Source of the DNA: Faecousia sp.
Lineage (GTDB): Bacteria; Bacillota; Clostridia; Oscillospirales; Oscillospiraceae
NCBI GenBank assembly: GCA_045129455.1
Contig: JBGVJN010000015.1
Location: 1-53,735, forward strand
DNA: 53,735 nt
Reading direction: 5' to 3'
Positions 17,984 through 28,028 of this stretch are shown in pieces; position 1 is the stretch's first letter, and the number at the start of each line of letters is the position of its first letter. The position numbers and the translations under genes were made by a program. The notes under the pieces are model-generated. The model made no database searches. It worked only from the letters and a program-made list of their open reading frames with translations, and was not told the origin of the DNA.

Positions 17984-18808
17984 TTATTTCCGCAATTGCC
18001 AGAAGGCTACCGCGCTGGCAGCGGCTACATTCAGAGAATCCACCCCGTGGTACATGGGGATCTTCACGGTGTAATCGCATTGAGCGATGGTCTGCTCCGT
18101 CAGCCCGTCTCCCTCGGAGCCAAGGATCAGCGCCAGCTTATCCTCGGCCATCAAGCCCGGATCGTCAATAGACACGGAATTGTCACTCAGTGCCAGCGCC
18201 GCGGTCTTGAAGCCCAGGGAATGCAGCTGTGCCATGCCCTTTTCCGGCCAGTCGCAGGTTTCCGCTCCGATGTAGGTCCAGGGGATCTGGAATACAGTGC
18301 CCATGCTTACCCGGGCACTGCGGCGGTACAAGGGATTGCTGCAGCCGGGGGTGAGCAGGATGGCGTCCATGCCCAAGGCGGCAGCGGAACGGAAGATAGC
18401 ACCCACATTGGTGGGATTCATCACATTTTCCAGGATGACGATGCGCTTCGCATCCTTCAGCACCTCTTCCGGTGCGGGCAGGGCAGGGCGGCGCATGGCG
18501 CACAGAACGCCCCGGGTCAACTGAAAACCCGTCAGCTGGGTCAGCACCTCCGGCTCGGAGGTGAATACGGGGATATCACCGCACCGGGCGATCACATCCG
18601 CAGCCTGTCCCTCGATGTGCTTGCGCTCCATCAGAAGGGACACGGGAATGCAGCCGGCATCCAGCGCCCTGTGGATGACCTTGGGACTTTCCGCGATGAA
18701 CAGCCCCTTCTCCGGCTCGAAGCGGTTTAGCAGCTGCGCCTCTGTCAGTCGGGCATATACATCCAGCTCGGGAGCGGAAAAACTTGTGATCTCAATAACA
18801 TTTGCCAT
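17984..18808 (-). CDS. TrmH/SpoU family RNA methyltransferase
   Basis: NVGAIFRSA, GSEGDGL and IPM..SLNVA motifs. Confidence 0.92.
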   Translation of the reverse strand: MANVIEITSFSAPELDVYARLTEAQLLNRFEPEKGLFIAESPKVIHRALDAGCIPVSLLMERKHIEGQAADVIARCGDIPVFTSEPEVLTQLTGFQLTRGVLCAMRRPALPAPEEVLKDAKRIVILENVMNPTNVGAIFRSAAALGMDAILLTPGCSNPLYRRSARVSMGTVFQIPWTYIGAETCDWPEKGMAQLHSLGFKTAALALSDNSVSIDDPGLMAEDKLALILGSEGDGLTEQTIAQCDYTVKIPMYHGVDSLNVAAASAVAFWQLRK

Positions 18809-19042
18809 GGTAAAACCTCATTACTGCTTGATAAGGGTATACTAGCAAATTCACAGGGAAAAGTCAAAGGGATTCGACTGCAGCGCCGAACCCCAACATA
18901 TTTACTATAGCACGGACAAATGTCCGCGTCAAGAGGAAAATGGTCAAAATAACGGAAATCATGGAATCTCACAAAATGAAATAGGTTACTTTGTACAATA
19001 TTCCGGGTTGAAATTGGAAAAAACTTGTGCTACATTATAGTC

Positions 19043-19543
19043 AGAAAGGGTGATACCGATGTACACGTAAAACCAAAGGCCGAAGCTTAACACCCAGGAA
19101 GAAGAAAATCAACCATATCAAATACGAACGCGGAATATTAAGATAATTTGTAAGAAGCAAAGATCAAAAGATCAGAAGAAAACAAAATATAGTAATATAA
19201 GCAATGTAAACGATAAGGTTAAGCTTGAGGCCACAGTACAGGAGACCCGAAAAGCTCAAAATTTGTCATTGAGCTGAAGCGGCAGACTTATTTCAGAAAA
19301 ACAGTTCCGACATACAAGAACGTCTCGCTCAGGAGATATGATGAATCAAGCATACGAATCGGAAGTAAGCTATGGATCGGGATGATGGAAGAAAGGGTCA
19401 ATAAAAGCCGCAATCTACGAAAGAGAGGTAACCAGGATGTTAGATAATAAGAACGAACAGAAATGACCCTTGGCTGTGATGGTATCGAAAGGATACAGCA
19501 GTCAAGGGTCATTTCTTTTTATGCGCCGAAGGGCGCTTTTTTT
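19043..19543 (+). ncRNA. Candidate large structured non-coding RNA with a 3-codon leader ORF (M-Y-T)
   Basis: TTGAAA-N17-TACATT promoter with extended TG; no long sense ORF; long-range helices; two terminal hairpins with U tracts. Confidence 0.55.
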
Positions 19544-19547
19544 ATGC

Positions 19548-20492
19548 TCAAATGCCGTGAGAGGCGAAGAAATCTCCCATGACCTTCAGATATTCCTCCG
19601 GAGCTGCCGGGAAGCACAGACCGTGACCGGCTCCGCCGACCAGCACAAGGGTCTTGGGGGCAGGGCAGGCATCGTGATTTTCTGCCGTCATTTGGCAGGG
19701 AACAAAGTCATCGGCATCACCGTGAGCAAAGAACACCGGGATCCTGCACTTTTTGACGGCTTCCAACGGGGAAAGCTCCTCCAAGTCAAAGCCGCCGAAG
19801 ATCAGGCCTGCCAGACGGACGAAGGGATACAGGAGTTTGGAAGGCAGCTTCATATCCCGGATCACCTTGCTGATGATGTCCCTGGCGGAGGTATAGCCGC
19901 AATCGGCGATGATGCCCACCACATTTTCCGGAAGCTCCATGCTGCCGGCCATCAGCACTGTGGCAGCGCCCATGGAGATGCCGGTGAGAATGAATTTGCG
20001 ACCCGGGAAGGTCTTTACCGCCAGGTCCACCCAGCCCAGACAATCGTGGCGCTCCTTGATGCCGAAGGTGATCACATGACCATCGCTGCGACCGCAGCCA
20101 CGCTGGTCCACCACCAGGGCGCTGCGCCCCAAAGCGAAGCAGCGCTGCACGCCGCCGCACAGATCCCGCTGGGCGATCCCCCGGTAGCCGGGCATCATGA
20201 TCTCGATGGGACTGTCGGGAGAGCATTCATAGTATTTTCCCCGGAGGGTCAGACCGTCGAAGGAGGTGATCTCCAGCTCCTGACAGGGAAGCTTGGCGGT
20301 CTCATCGGCCCAGGCACGCATCACATCATGGTAAGGTTCGTAGATCTCTCCGGGTGGAAGCGTAAATTCCCCCGAAGCATCCTCAGGCGTGCGCTTGGCA
20401 TAAAAAGCCATCCGGTAGCAGATATAGCAGATCAGAAGGATCAGCACGGCGATGCCCGCAAGGACACAGACCGCAGGGATGAAGTATTGCAT
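19548..20492 (-). CDS. Alpha/beta hydrolase
   Basis: GISMG nucleophile elbow, HGDADDFVP and AGH motifs. Confidence 0.9.
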   Translation of the reverse strand: MQYFIPAVCVLAGIAVLILLICYICYRMAFYAKRTPEDASGEFTLPPGEIYEPYHDVMRAWADETAKLPCQELEITSFDGLTLRGKYYECSPDSPIEIMMPGYRGIAQRDLCGGVQRCFALGRSALVVDQRGCGRSDGHVITFGIKERHDCLGWVDLAVKTFPGRKFILTGISMGAATVLMAGSMELPENVVGIIADCGYTSARDIISKVIRDMKLPSKLLYPFVRLAGLIFGGFDLEELSPLEAVKKCRIPVFFAHGDADDFVPCQMTAENHDACPAPKTLVLVGGAGHGLCFPAAPEEYLKVMGDFFASHGI

Positions 20493-20628
20493 ATGTTTTT
20501 TCGCCTCCAGGGCCAATTATAGCGCCGGAGAAGAGAAAATGCAACGAATATGGTCGCTGCGCAGCGGATTTTTCTTGCCAATTGGTGGAATTTAGGTTAT
20601 ACTCGCAGGAGATTGTGAGGTAGGATCC

Positions 20629-21894
20629 ATGGAAGTGAATTATAAAAACAAGAAAAGTTACAATACGGCGAAATATCCCATCCGTCAGCCTCGATTTTTG
20701 ACGGGATTGATCTGGTGTTTGTCCCGCTTTGTGCTGATCGGCAAGAAATACAAAGTGGAGAAGATCCATATGGAGGGGCTGAAGCCTCCGTATCTTCTGC
20801 TGAGCAACCACCATTCCTTCATCGATTTTGAGCTGATCGCTATGGGTACCGGTATGCAGCGGGTAAACAATGTGGTGAGCATTGACGGTTACTATCTTCG
20901 TCCCTGGCTGATGGAGTTGATCGGCTGCATCGGCACCCGGAAGTACACCACAGACCTGCATCTGGTCAAGTCCATCAACCGTGTTCTAAAGCGTGGTGAT
21001 GTGCTGTGCATGTACCCGGAGGCGAGATATTCTCCCTGCGGTGTCACCTCCTTTATCCCCGATTCTCTGGGAAAGCTGATCCGCATGAACAAGGTGCCGG
21101 TGGTGGTGGCCATCCACCATGGCAACTATCTGCACAGCCCTTTCTGGAACTTCCGCAATAAGCGCAAGGTGCCGCTGCACACCACCATGACCCAGATGCT
21201 GACACCGGAGCAGATCGCCTCCATGTCCGTGCAGGAGATCAATGATACCATCCGCAAGGCATTTGCTTATGATGAATATCAGTACCAGCGGGACAACGGA
21301 ATCCGCATTACCGAGTCTTACCGGGCCCAGGGGCTGCATAAGATCCTGTATCAGTGCCCTCACTGCGGCAAGGAGTTTTCCATGGATTCCAAGGGCACAG
21401 AGCTTTTCTGCAATGCCTGCGGCAAGCGCTGGGAGCTTCGGGAGGATGGTGCGCTGCAGGCGCTGGAAGGCGAAACAGAGTTTTCCCACATCCCCGATTG
21501 GTTCTGCTGGGAGCGGGAGCAGGTGCGCGCCCAGATCCAGCGGGGAGAGTACCGGTATGAGGATGAGGTGCAGGTATTTTCGCTGCCCCGGTGCTGGAAA
21601 TTTGAGAAGCTGGGCAAGGCCAAATTGACCCATGATGAGGAAAACGGCTTCGTACTTACCGGCCATTATCGGGGACAGGACTACCGCATTCAGCGCATTC
21701 CCGCCCGGATCAACAGCCTGCATGTGGAGTATGACTTCGGCAAGCTGCGGCCCATCGCCGATTGCTTCGACATTTCCACAGAGACGGATTCCTTCTACTG
21801 CTACCCCAGCCAGCCCAATGTGCTGACCAAGCTGGCCTTTGCCACCGAGGAGCTGTACCTGCGCAGCCAGAAGAAGGAACTGACCAAAGTTTAA
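20629..21894 (+). CDS. Lysophospholipid/glycerol-phosphate acyltransferase (PlsC-like) with Zn-ribbon extension
   Basis: NHHSFID and YPEA motifs; CPHC..CNAC. Confidence 0.85.
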   Translation: MEVNYKNKKSYNTAKYPIRQPRFLTGLIWCLSRFVLIGKKYKVEKIHMEGLKPPYLLLSNHHSFIDFELIAMGTGMQRVNNVVSIDGYYLRPWLMELIGCIGTRKYTTDLHLVKSINRVLKRGDVLCMYPEARYSPCGVTSFIPDSLGKLIRMNKVPVVVAIHHGNYLHSPFWNFRNKRKVPLHTTMTQMLTPEQIASMSVQEINDTIRKAFAYDEYQYQRDNGIRITESYRAQGLHKILYQCPHCGKEFSMDSKGTELFCNACGKRWELREDGALQALEGETEFSHIPDWFCWEREQVRAQIQRGEYRYEDEVQVFSLPRCWKFEKLGKAKLTHDEENGFVLTGHYRGQDYRIQRIPARINSLHVEYDFGKLRPIADCFDISTETDSFYCYPSQPNVLTKLAFATEELYLRSQKKELTKV

Positions 21895-21922
21895 CGAAGA
21901 TCGATAACAGAATGGAGCCAAT

Positions 21923-23101
21923 ATGACAAAATTACTGCTTCGTCTTTTTGTAAAGGACTATAAGAACAAGGATAAGCCCCGGGTGCGCAGCGGTATCGGC
22001 AAGCTGTCCGGCGCTGTGGGCATCGGCTGCAATCTGGTGCTGTTTGCCTTGAAACTGCTGGTGGGTACGATCTCCGGCTCGGTGTCCATCACGGCGGATG
22101 CTATGAATAACCTTTCCGATGCTACCAGCGCCATCGTGACTTTGGTGGGCTTCAAGCTGGCGGAAAAGCCTGCCGATGATGACCACCCCTACGGCCATGC
22201 CCGGTATGAGTACCTGTCCGGCCTGGCGGTGGCGGCAATGATCATCGTCATCGGCTTTGAGCTGGCCAAGACCTCTGTGGAGAAGATCTTCCAGCCTGCT
22301 GCCGTGGAATTTACCCTTCCTGTGGCGGTGGTGCTGCTGGGCTCCATCCTGGTCAAGCTGTGGCTGAGCCTTTTTAACAGTTCTTTGGGGAAATATATCG
22401 ATTCCTCTGCGCTGCTGGCCACTGCGGCAGACAGCCGCAACGATGTGCTGGCCACCGCGGCGGTGCTGGCGGCGGCCCTGATCGAATGGCTTACCAACTG
22501 GCGCATCGACGGCTTTATGGGTCTGGGCGTTGCCTTGTTCATCCTCTATAGCGGCGCTATGTTGGCGAAAGAGACCATCAGCCCTCTGCTGGGCGAGACT
22601 GCCAGTCCCCAGCTGCGGGAGCTGATCGTAGGGATCGTCAGCAGTGAGCCGAAGGTGCTGGGTTACCACGATCTGATGGTCCATGACTACGGCCCCGGGC
22701 AGCGCTTTGCCAGCATGCATGTGGAGATGGATCAGAAGGAAGATCCGCTGCTTTGCCATGAGCTGATCGATAATCTGGAGCGCCGCTGCCTCCAGGAGCA
22801 TAATGTACATCTGGTGATCCACTACGATCCCGTGGTCACGGGAGACGAGGAAATGGATCGGCTGAAGGCCGTGGTGGAGCAGGTACTGCGGGAAATGGAC
22901 AGCCAGATCTCCATCCATGACTTCCGCATGGTCCGTGGTACGGGCCACACCAACCTGATCTTCGATATTGCCCTGCCTGCCCAGTGGATGCCGAAGCAGA
23001 AGCAGGTGAAGCAGGCGCTGGATGCCGCGCTGGCGGAAAGGGAAGAGGGAAAGCTCTATACTGTGGTCACCTTCGACCTGGCGACCTTGAACCAATCATA
23101 A
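21923..23101 (+). CDS. Cation diffusion facilitator transporter
   Basis: ADAMNNLSD, HPYGHARYEY, DSRND and HDYGPG motifs. Confidence 0.93.
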   Translation: MTKLLLRLFVKDYKNKDKPRVRSGIGKLSGAVGIGCNLVLFALKLLVGTISGSVSITADAMNNLSDATSAIVTLVGFKLAEKPADDDHPYGHARYEYLSGLAVAAMIIVIGFELAKTSVEKIFQPAAVEFTLPVAVVLLGSILVKLWLSLFNSSLGKYIDSSALLATAADSRNDVLATAAVLAAALIEWLTNWRIDGFMGLGVALFILYSGAMLAKETISPLLGETASPQLRELIVGIVSSEPKVLGYHDLMVHDYGPGQRFASMHVEMDQKEDPLLCHELIDNLERRCLQEHNVHLVIHYDPVVTGDEEMDRLKAVVEQVLREMDSQISIHDFRMVRGTGHTNLIFDIALPAQWMPKQKQVKQALDAALAEREEGKLYTVVTFDLATLNQS

Positions 23102-23179
23102 TTTTTCTGGAAAATGTCCGCAATGTGTTGACAAATGACCGCGCGGGAGTTATAATGTGCCAAACTGAATACCGCAAAC

Positions 23180-23452
23180 AAACCGTTGATGCGGAGATAA
23201 CGGCGATGATGCCATTACAGAGAGCCCGTGGTGCTGAGAGTCGGGTATGAAACAAGTCGTCAAATGGACCGCGGAGGGCGCAGCCAAAGGCTTCGGCTCA
23301 GTATGCTGCGACGCAAGGCACGCGTCAGTTGCCGGGGATATGCAGGTATCCCGCAAAGCGCGCGGCACACAGCCGCGAATCAAGGTGGCACCGCGGATGA
23401 ATTCTTCCGCCCTTGACAGATCCTTCGTCTGTCAAGGGCGTTTTGTTTTTGG
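23180..23452 (+). promoter_or_regulatory. T-box riboswitch, Trp specifier
   Basis: AGAGA and GCTGAG stem I motifs; TGG at 23265-23267; AAGGTGGCACCGCG 23382-23395; terminator CGCCCTTGACAGA/TCTGTCAAGGGCG. Confidence 0.92.
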
Positions 23453-23483
23453 CAGAGCCATCACATCATTTGGAGGTAACACT

Positions 23484-24701
23484 ATGAACTGCGGCAATGT
23501 AAATTTTGATACCTATCTGAAAAACTATCCGGATAACAACGGTTACTTCGGAAAATACGGTGGCTGCTACATCTCTCCGGAGCTGAAAAATGCCATGGAA
23601 GAGATCACGGAAGCCTATTTTACCATCTGTAAATCTACCAGATTCATCAGTGAGCTGCGGCGCATCCGCCGGGAGTTCCAGGGTCGTCCCACACCCATTT
23701 CCCACCTGGAGCGGCTGTCTGCATCCCTGGGCAATGTGCAGCTGTATGCCAAGCGTGAGGACCTGAACCATACCGGCGCCCACAAGCTGAATCACTGCAT
23801 GGGTGAGGCGCTGCTGGCCAAGTATATGGGCAAGAAGAAGGTCATTGCTGAGACCGGTGCCGGTCAGCACGGCGTGGCGCTGGCAACGGCGGCTGCCTAC
23901 TTCGGTCTGGAATGCGACATTTACATGGGCAGCGTGGACATCAAGAAGCAGGCACCCAATGTGGCAAGAATGAAGATCCTGGGCGCCAATGTGATCGAGG
24001 TCACCGAAGGCCTGGCAACGCTGAAAGAAGCTGTGGATGCTGCCTTTGCCGCATATGCCCGGGAATATAAAGATTGCATCTACTGTATCGGCTCGGTGCT
24101 TGGTCCTCATCCGTTCCCCATGATGGTCAGAGATTTCCAGAGCGTTGTGGGCATCGAGGCCAGAGAGCAGTTTGTGAGCATGACCGGTGAGTTGCCCGAT
24201 GCAGTGGTCGCCTGCGTGGGCGGAGGATCCAATTCCATGGGTATGTTCAGCGGCTTCCTCAATGACCCGGTGGAGATCTACGGCGTGGAGCCGCTGGGCA
24301 GAGGTCCTGCGCTGGGCGACCATGCTGCCAGCCTGAAGTACGGCACAGAGGGCATCATGCACGGCTTCAACAGTATCATGCTCAAGGACGAAAACGGCGA
24401 TCCCGCGCCGGTATATTCCGTGGCCAGCGGCCTGGATTATCCCTCTTCCGGTCCGGAGCATGCCTTCCTGCATGACATCGGCAGAGTCAAGTATGATGTG
24501 GCCGATGATGAGGAGACCATCGATGCCTTCTTCAAGCTTTCCCGGATGGAGGGCATCATCCCTGCCATCGAAAGCTCCCATGCGGTGGCGTACGCCATGC
24601 GCCTTGCCAAGACGATGGGAAGAGGCTCCATCCTTATCTGCCTGTCCGGTCGCGGCGACAAGGATATGGACTATATCATTGAAAAATACGGCATCCGCTG
24701 A
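23484..24701 (+). CDS. trpB: Tryptophan synthase beta subunit (stand-alone)
   Basis: [26 protein letters not shown] and LSGRGDKD motifs. Confidence 0.96.
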   Translation: MNCGNVNFDTYLKNYPDNNGYFGKYGGCYISPELKNAMEEITEAYFTICKSTRFISELRRIRREFQGRPTPISHLERLSASLGNVQLYAKREDLNHTGAHKLNHCMGEALLAKYMGKKKVIAETGAGQHGVALATAAAYFGLECDIYMGSVDIKKQAPNVARMKILGANVIEVTEGLATLKEAVDAAFAAYAREYKDCIYCIGSVLGPHPFPMMVRDFQSVVGIEAREQFVSMTGELPDAVVACVGGGSNSMGMFSGFLNDPVEIYGVEPLGRGPALGDHAASLKYGTEGIMHGFNSIMLKDENGDPAPVYSVASGLDYPSSGPEHAFLHDIGRVKYDVADDEETIDAFFKLSRMEGIIPAIESSHAVAYAMRLAKTMGRGSILICLSGRGDKDMDYIIEKYGIR

Positions 24702-24865
24702 GATGTTTTGCCGCGCTGCTTATGCAGCGCGGCTTTCTTTTTGTGTCGATAAGCGTCATTTTTCGACACTTGCACATGCTCCTCACTGAAAAGTGATTCG
24801 ACAGAATTTTAGGTTTTTCACACCTCTTGGCATGATACTCTGGGATCAAAAAAGGAGTTTTTACC

Positions 24866-25156
24866 ATGCTGGGAGACAGGATCGCACACTTGAGAAGAGA
24901 AAAAGGCTACACCCAGGCGCAGCTGGCACAACTGCTTCACATCAGCGCCAGTGCCTTGGGGATGTATGAGCAGGGGCGAAGGATACCGGGTGTTGAGACC
25001 CTGGTAGAGCTTTCCGCACGGCTGCAGGTTTCGGTGGATTACCTGTTGACGGGAAACGATTATGTTCCTTTCGAGAAAGCGGGCAGTGTGCCTGCACAGT
25101 GCTGCTGCGGCTGCCAAAGAAGAAGCTGCGGCAAACGATCGCTCGACAATTTCTGA
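24866..25156 (+). CDS. XRE-family HTH regulator with a Cys-rich tail
   Basis: TQAQLA..SALGMYEQGRRIP..VSVDYLL. Confidence 0.85.
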   Translation: MLGDRIAHLRREKGYTQAQLAQLLHISASALGMYEQGRRIPGVETLVELSARLQVSVDYLLTGNDYVPFEKAGSVPAQCCCGCQRRSCGKRSLDNF

Positions 25157-25264
25157 CACTTCCTTGCGGCTTTGCATAGGAAATCGACAAAATAAAAGAT
25201 TTCTATAGCAATTGTGCAGTTGCCTGTGCTATAATGGCTCCATACAGTGAAAGGGGCGAAAAGT

Positions 25265-26191
25265 ATGAGCATTTTGTACTTTCTTGAAAGCATCCGGATC
25301 CCGGGATTGAATGAATTTATGCTGCTGATCACCCGGCTGGGAGAAGAGACGGCATTTCTGGTGCTGGCGCTGATCGTTTTCTGGTGTGTGGATAAATATC
25401 AGGGCTACTATTTGCTGGGGGTGGGTATGCTTGGCAACCTGGCCAATCAGTTTTTAAAGATCACCTGCCGTGTGCCCAGACCCTGGGTACGAGACCCGGA
25501 ATTTACGGTGCTGGGCGATGCCAAGGAGGCAGCCACCGGCTATAGCTTCCCCAGCGGACATACCCAGACTGCCGTGGGTACCTTCGGCTGCATCGCCGCC
25601 GGCACCCGGCGCAGATGGCTTAGGATCGTTTGCATCGCCATCGCGGTGACGGTGGGTATTTCCCGGATGTATCTGGGTGTTCACTATCCTTCCGATGTGC
25701 TGGTGGGCGGCGGCATGGCGTTGGCAATGGTGCTGCTGCTGAAAAAAGTGATGATGGGAGAAAAGAAGCAGGGGATCCCTGTGGTGTTCGGCGGGCTGAT
25801 CCTGCTCAGCAGCGCATATCTTGCGTATGTTTCCCTGTATCCGTTCCCCGAAGATCTGGATGCTGCCAACTATGAGTCTGCACTGAAAAATGCTTATACC
25901 TTCCTGGGCACCAATGCCGGCGTCCTGGCGGTGTACTTTGCCGATAAGAAGCTGAACTTCCAGACCAAGGCGGTCTGGTGGGCGCAGATCCTGAAGGCTG
26001 TGGTGGGTCTTGGTTTGGTGCTTGCGGTGAAGGAAGGTATGCGTGCACCGCTGGAGGCGCTCTTTGCAGGCCATCTGGCTGCCCGTGCCGTGCGGTACTT
26101 CCTCATTGTGACGGTAGCCGGCATTTTGTGGCCGCTAAGCTTCCGTTGGTTCGCAAAACTGGGAAATAAGGGAAAGGATGCGAAAAAATGA
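25265..26191 (+). CDS. PAP2 family phosphatase
   Basis: RVPRP, SFPSGH and SRMYLGVHYPSDV motifs. Confidence 0.9.
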   Translation: MSILYFLESIRIPGLNEFMLLITRLGEETAFLVLALIVFWCVDKYQGYYLLGVGMLGNLANQFLKITCRVPRPWVRDPEFTVLGDAKEAATGYSFPSGHTQTAVGTFGCIAAGTRRRWLRIVCIAIAVTVGISRMYLGVHYPSDVLVGGGMALAMVLLLKKVMMGEKKQGIPVVFGGLILLSSAYLAYVSLYPFPEDLDAANYESALKNAYTFLGTNAGVLAVYFADKKLNFQTKAVWWAQILKAVVGLGLVLAVKEGMRAPLEALFAGHLAARAVRYFLIVTVAGILWPLSFRWFAKLGNKGKDAKK

Positions 26192-26625
26192 GCCAGATTC
26201 GAGTAAAGAAACTTTCCGAAAAGGCGATCCTGCCGACCTACGGCACGCCTTATGCCGCCGGTGCGGATCTTTATGCCTGCCTGGAGTCGCCGGTGACCAT
26301 CCAGCCGGGGCAGACCGCCTGGATCTCCACCGGGATCGCCATGGAGGTGCCGGAGGGCTGCGCGGGCCTCATCTATGCCCGCAGCGGCATGGCCTGCAAG
26401 CGTGGTGTAGCGCCTGCCAACAAGGTGGGTGTGGTGGACAGTGACTACCGTGGTCCGATCACCGTAGTTCTGTATAACCACGGCAATGAACCCCAGACCA
26501 TCTGCCATGGGGAGCGGATCGCCCAGATGATCATCACCCCTGTGCTGACACCTGCCTACATGGAGGCTGACGAACTGACGGATACGGTCCGGGATGCCAG
26601 CGGCTTCGGTTCTACAGGTAAATAA
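26188..26625 (+). CDS. dut: dUTP diphosphatase
   Basis: AGADL, RSG, GVVDSDYRG, RIAQ and GFGSTG motifs. Confidence 0.96.
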   Translation: MSQIRVKKLSEKAILPTYGTPYAAGADLYACLESPVTIQPGQTAWISTGIAMEVPEGCAGLIYARSGMACKRGVAPANKVGVVDSDYRGPITVVLYNHGNEPQTICHGERIAQMIITPVLTPAYMEADELTDTVRDASGFGSTGK

Positions 26626-26691
26626 ATAGATCGCCCTGCCGGGATCGGCAGGGCGATTTGTGTAGTCGGGATGAAAGTTGGCACATACGGC

Positions 26692-27930
26692 TTAGCCGGA
26701 AGTTTTGACTTTCTTCTGCTTCCATACGCTCCAAAGCCGGAAGCTGGTGGAGATGAGCAGAATGCTCACGGCGATCACGCCGGCGATGGCAGCGGTATGC
26801 ATGCCTTGCGAGGCAAACAGGTCCATATCTCCACGAACCGCATGGCTCATGGTATAGTACACACCGGCACCGGGGATCAGCGGGAAGATGGAGACCACCA
26901 GATAGGAGGTGGCGGGGTATTTACGCACTCTTGCCATGATCTCGGAGTACACCGAGGCGATCAGACCAGCCCAGAAATAGGCGGAAAGATCATCGCCACC
27001 CAACTGCAGCACCAGACAGTATGCTGACCAGGTGATCACACCGCCCAGTACACAAAGGATCCCGCCGGCGCCGTGGATATTGAAAAGCACCGAGAAAGCA
27101 AGGCAAGCAAGGGCACAGGGCAATGCCTGGGCAAGGATACTGTAGCTGACATTGGGATCGCTGACAGGCGCGCCCCAGAAGGTGTTGGCGCAGCCCCAGG
27201 CTGCGGCAGTGCCTAAAGATATGGCGGCGGCGATCAGCAGCACCTGCACGATCCGATTCACACCGGAGTTGGTGTCACCGTAAATAATATCCCGCATAGC
27301 GTTGGTAAACAGAAGCCCCGGTACCAGCTGCATCAGTGCGCCGATGATCACAGCGTCGGGATTTCCGGCAACACCAAGGGCGGCAAAGGCATAAGCTGCC
27401 AGTGCCATGGGGAAGGATGCGGCAATGGTGCGGAAGAACAGGTTTGCGCCCAGCTGATCGGCGATCTGTCCCAAAATACCTACCACGAGTCCGCAAATAC
27501 CGGAGCAAAGGGCATCCACAAAGGATCCGCCGAACAGAAAACAGAAGCCGAAGGCGGCAAAAAAATAGGCAACGATATTGACTGCGGCGGGGTAAGTACG
27601 CTTGCTGCGCTGCACCTCTTCCAGCCAGCTGCGGGCGATCTCCGGCGCCGGCTTTTGGGCACAGATGCGGCGGCTGAGGGCGCTGTAGCGCTCCAGGGCA
27701 TCCAGGTCATTGCCGTGGCTGCCGATGCGGCGCATCCGGGTAAGAGGACGGCCGGATACCGGCTCAATGCTGATATGCAGGCAGTTGGGGATGGCGAATA
27801 CCTCTGCTTCGATCTCATAAGCGCTGAGGATCCGGGTGATGCTTTCCTCCACACGGAAGGTCTCGGCACCGGACATGGCCAGTCGGTAGCCAATGTCGGA
27901 AGCCAGATCCAAAAGCTTGGAATACTCCAT
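26692..27930 (-). CDS. ThrE family threonine/serine exporter
   Basis: GAETFRVEE, LVPGL and PLIPG motifs; two fused halves. Confidence 0.9.
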   Translation of the reverse strand: MEYSKLLDLASDIGYRLAMSGAETFRVEESITRILSAYEIEAEVFAIPNCLHISIEPVSGRPLTRMRRIGSHGNDLDALERYSALSRRICAQKPAPEIARSWLEEVQRSKRTYPAAVNIVAYFFAAFGFCFLFGGSFVDALCSGICGLVVGILGQIADQLGANLFFRTIAASFPMALAAYAFAALGVAGNPDAVIIGALMQLVPGLLFTNAMRDIIYGDTNSGVNRIVQVLLIAAAISLGTAAAWGCANTFWGAPVSDPNVSYSILAQALPCALACLAFSVLFNIHGAGGILCVLGGVITWSAYCLVLQLGGDDLSAYFWAGLIASVYSEIMARVRKYPATSYLVVSIFPLIPGAGVYYTMSHAVRGDMDLFASQGMHTAAIAGVIAVSILLISTSFRLWSVWKQKKVKTSG

Positions 27931-28028
27931 ATACAATCCTCCAAAGGATCAATGATAGCTTCATTGTATCACAGCCCGGGTAAATTACAAGAAGAAAATC
28001 CGCCGGAGAAAACTCCGGCGGAAGAGAT

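Noticed and set aside
19090-19500. CsrB/RsmZ-like GGA sponge
   Set aside because: About ten GGA motifs is roughly what this A/G-rich composition gives by chance, and they are not clearly in hairpin loops
19043-19543. RNase P RNA, tmRNA, 6S or SRP RNA
   Set aside because: Lacks the GAGGAAAGTCC P4 motif, tRNA-like termini with CCA, and the end-to-end rod of 6S
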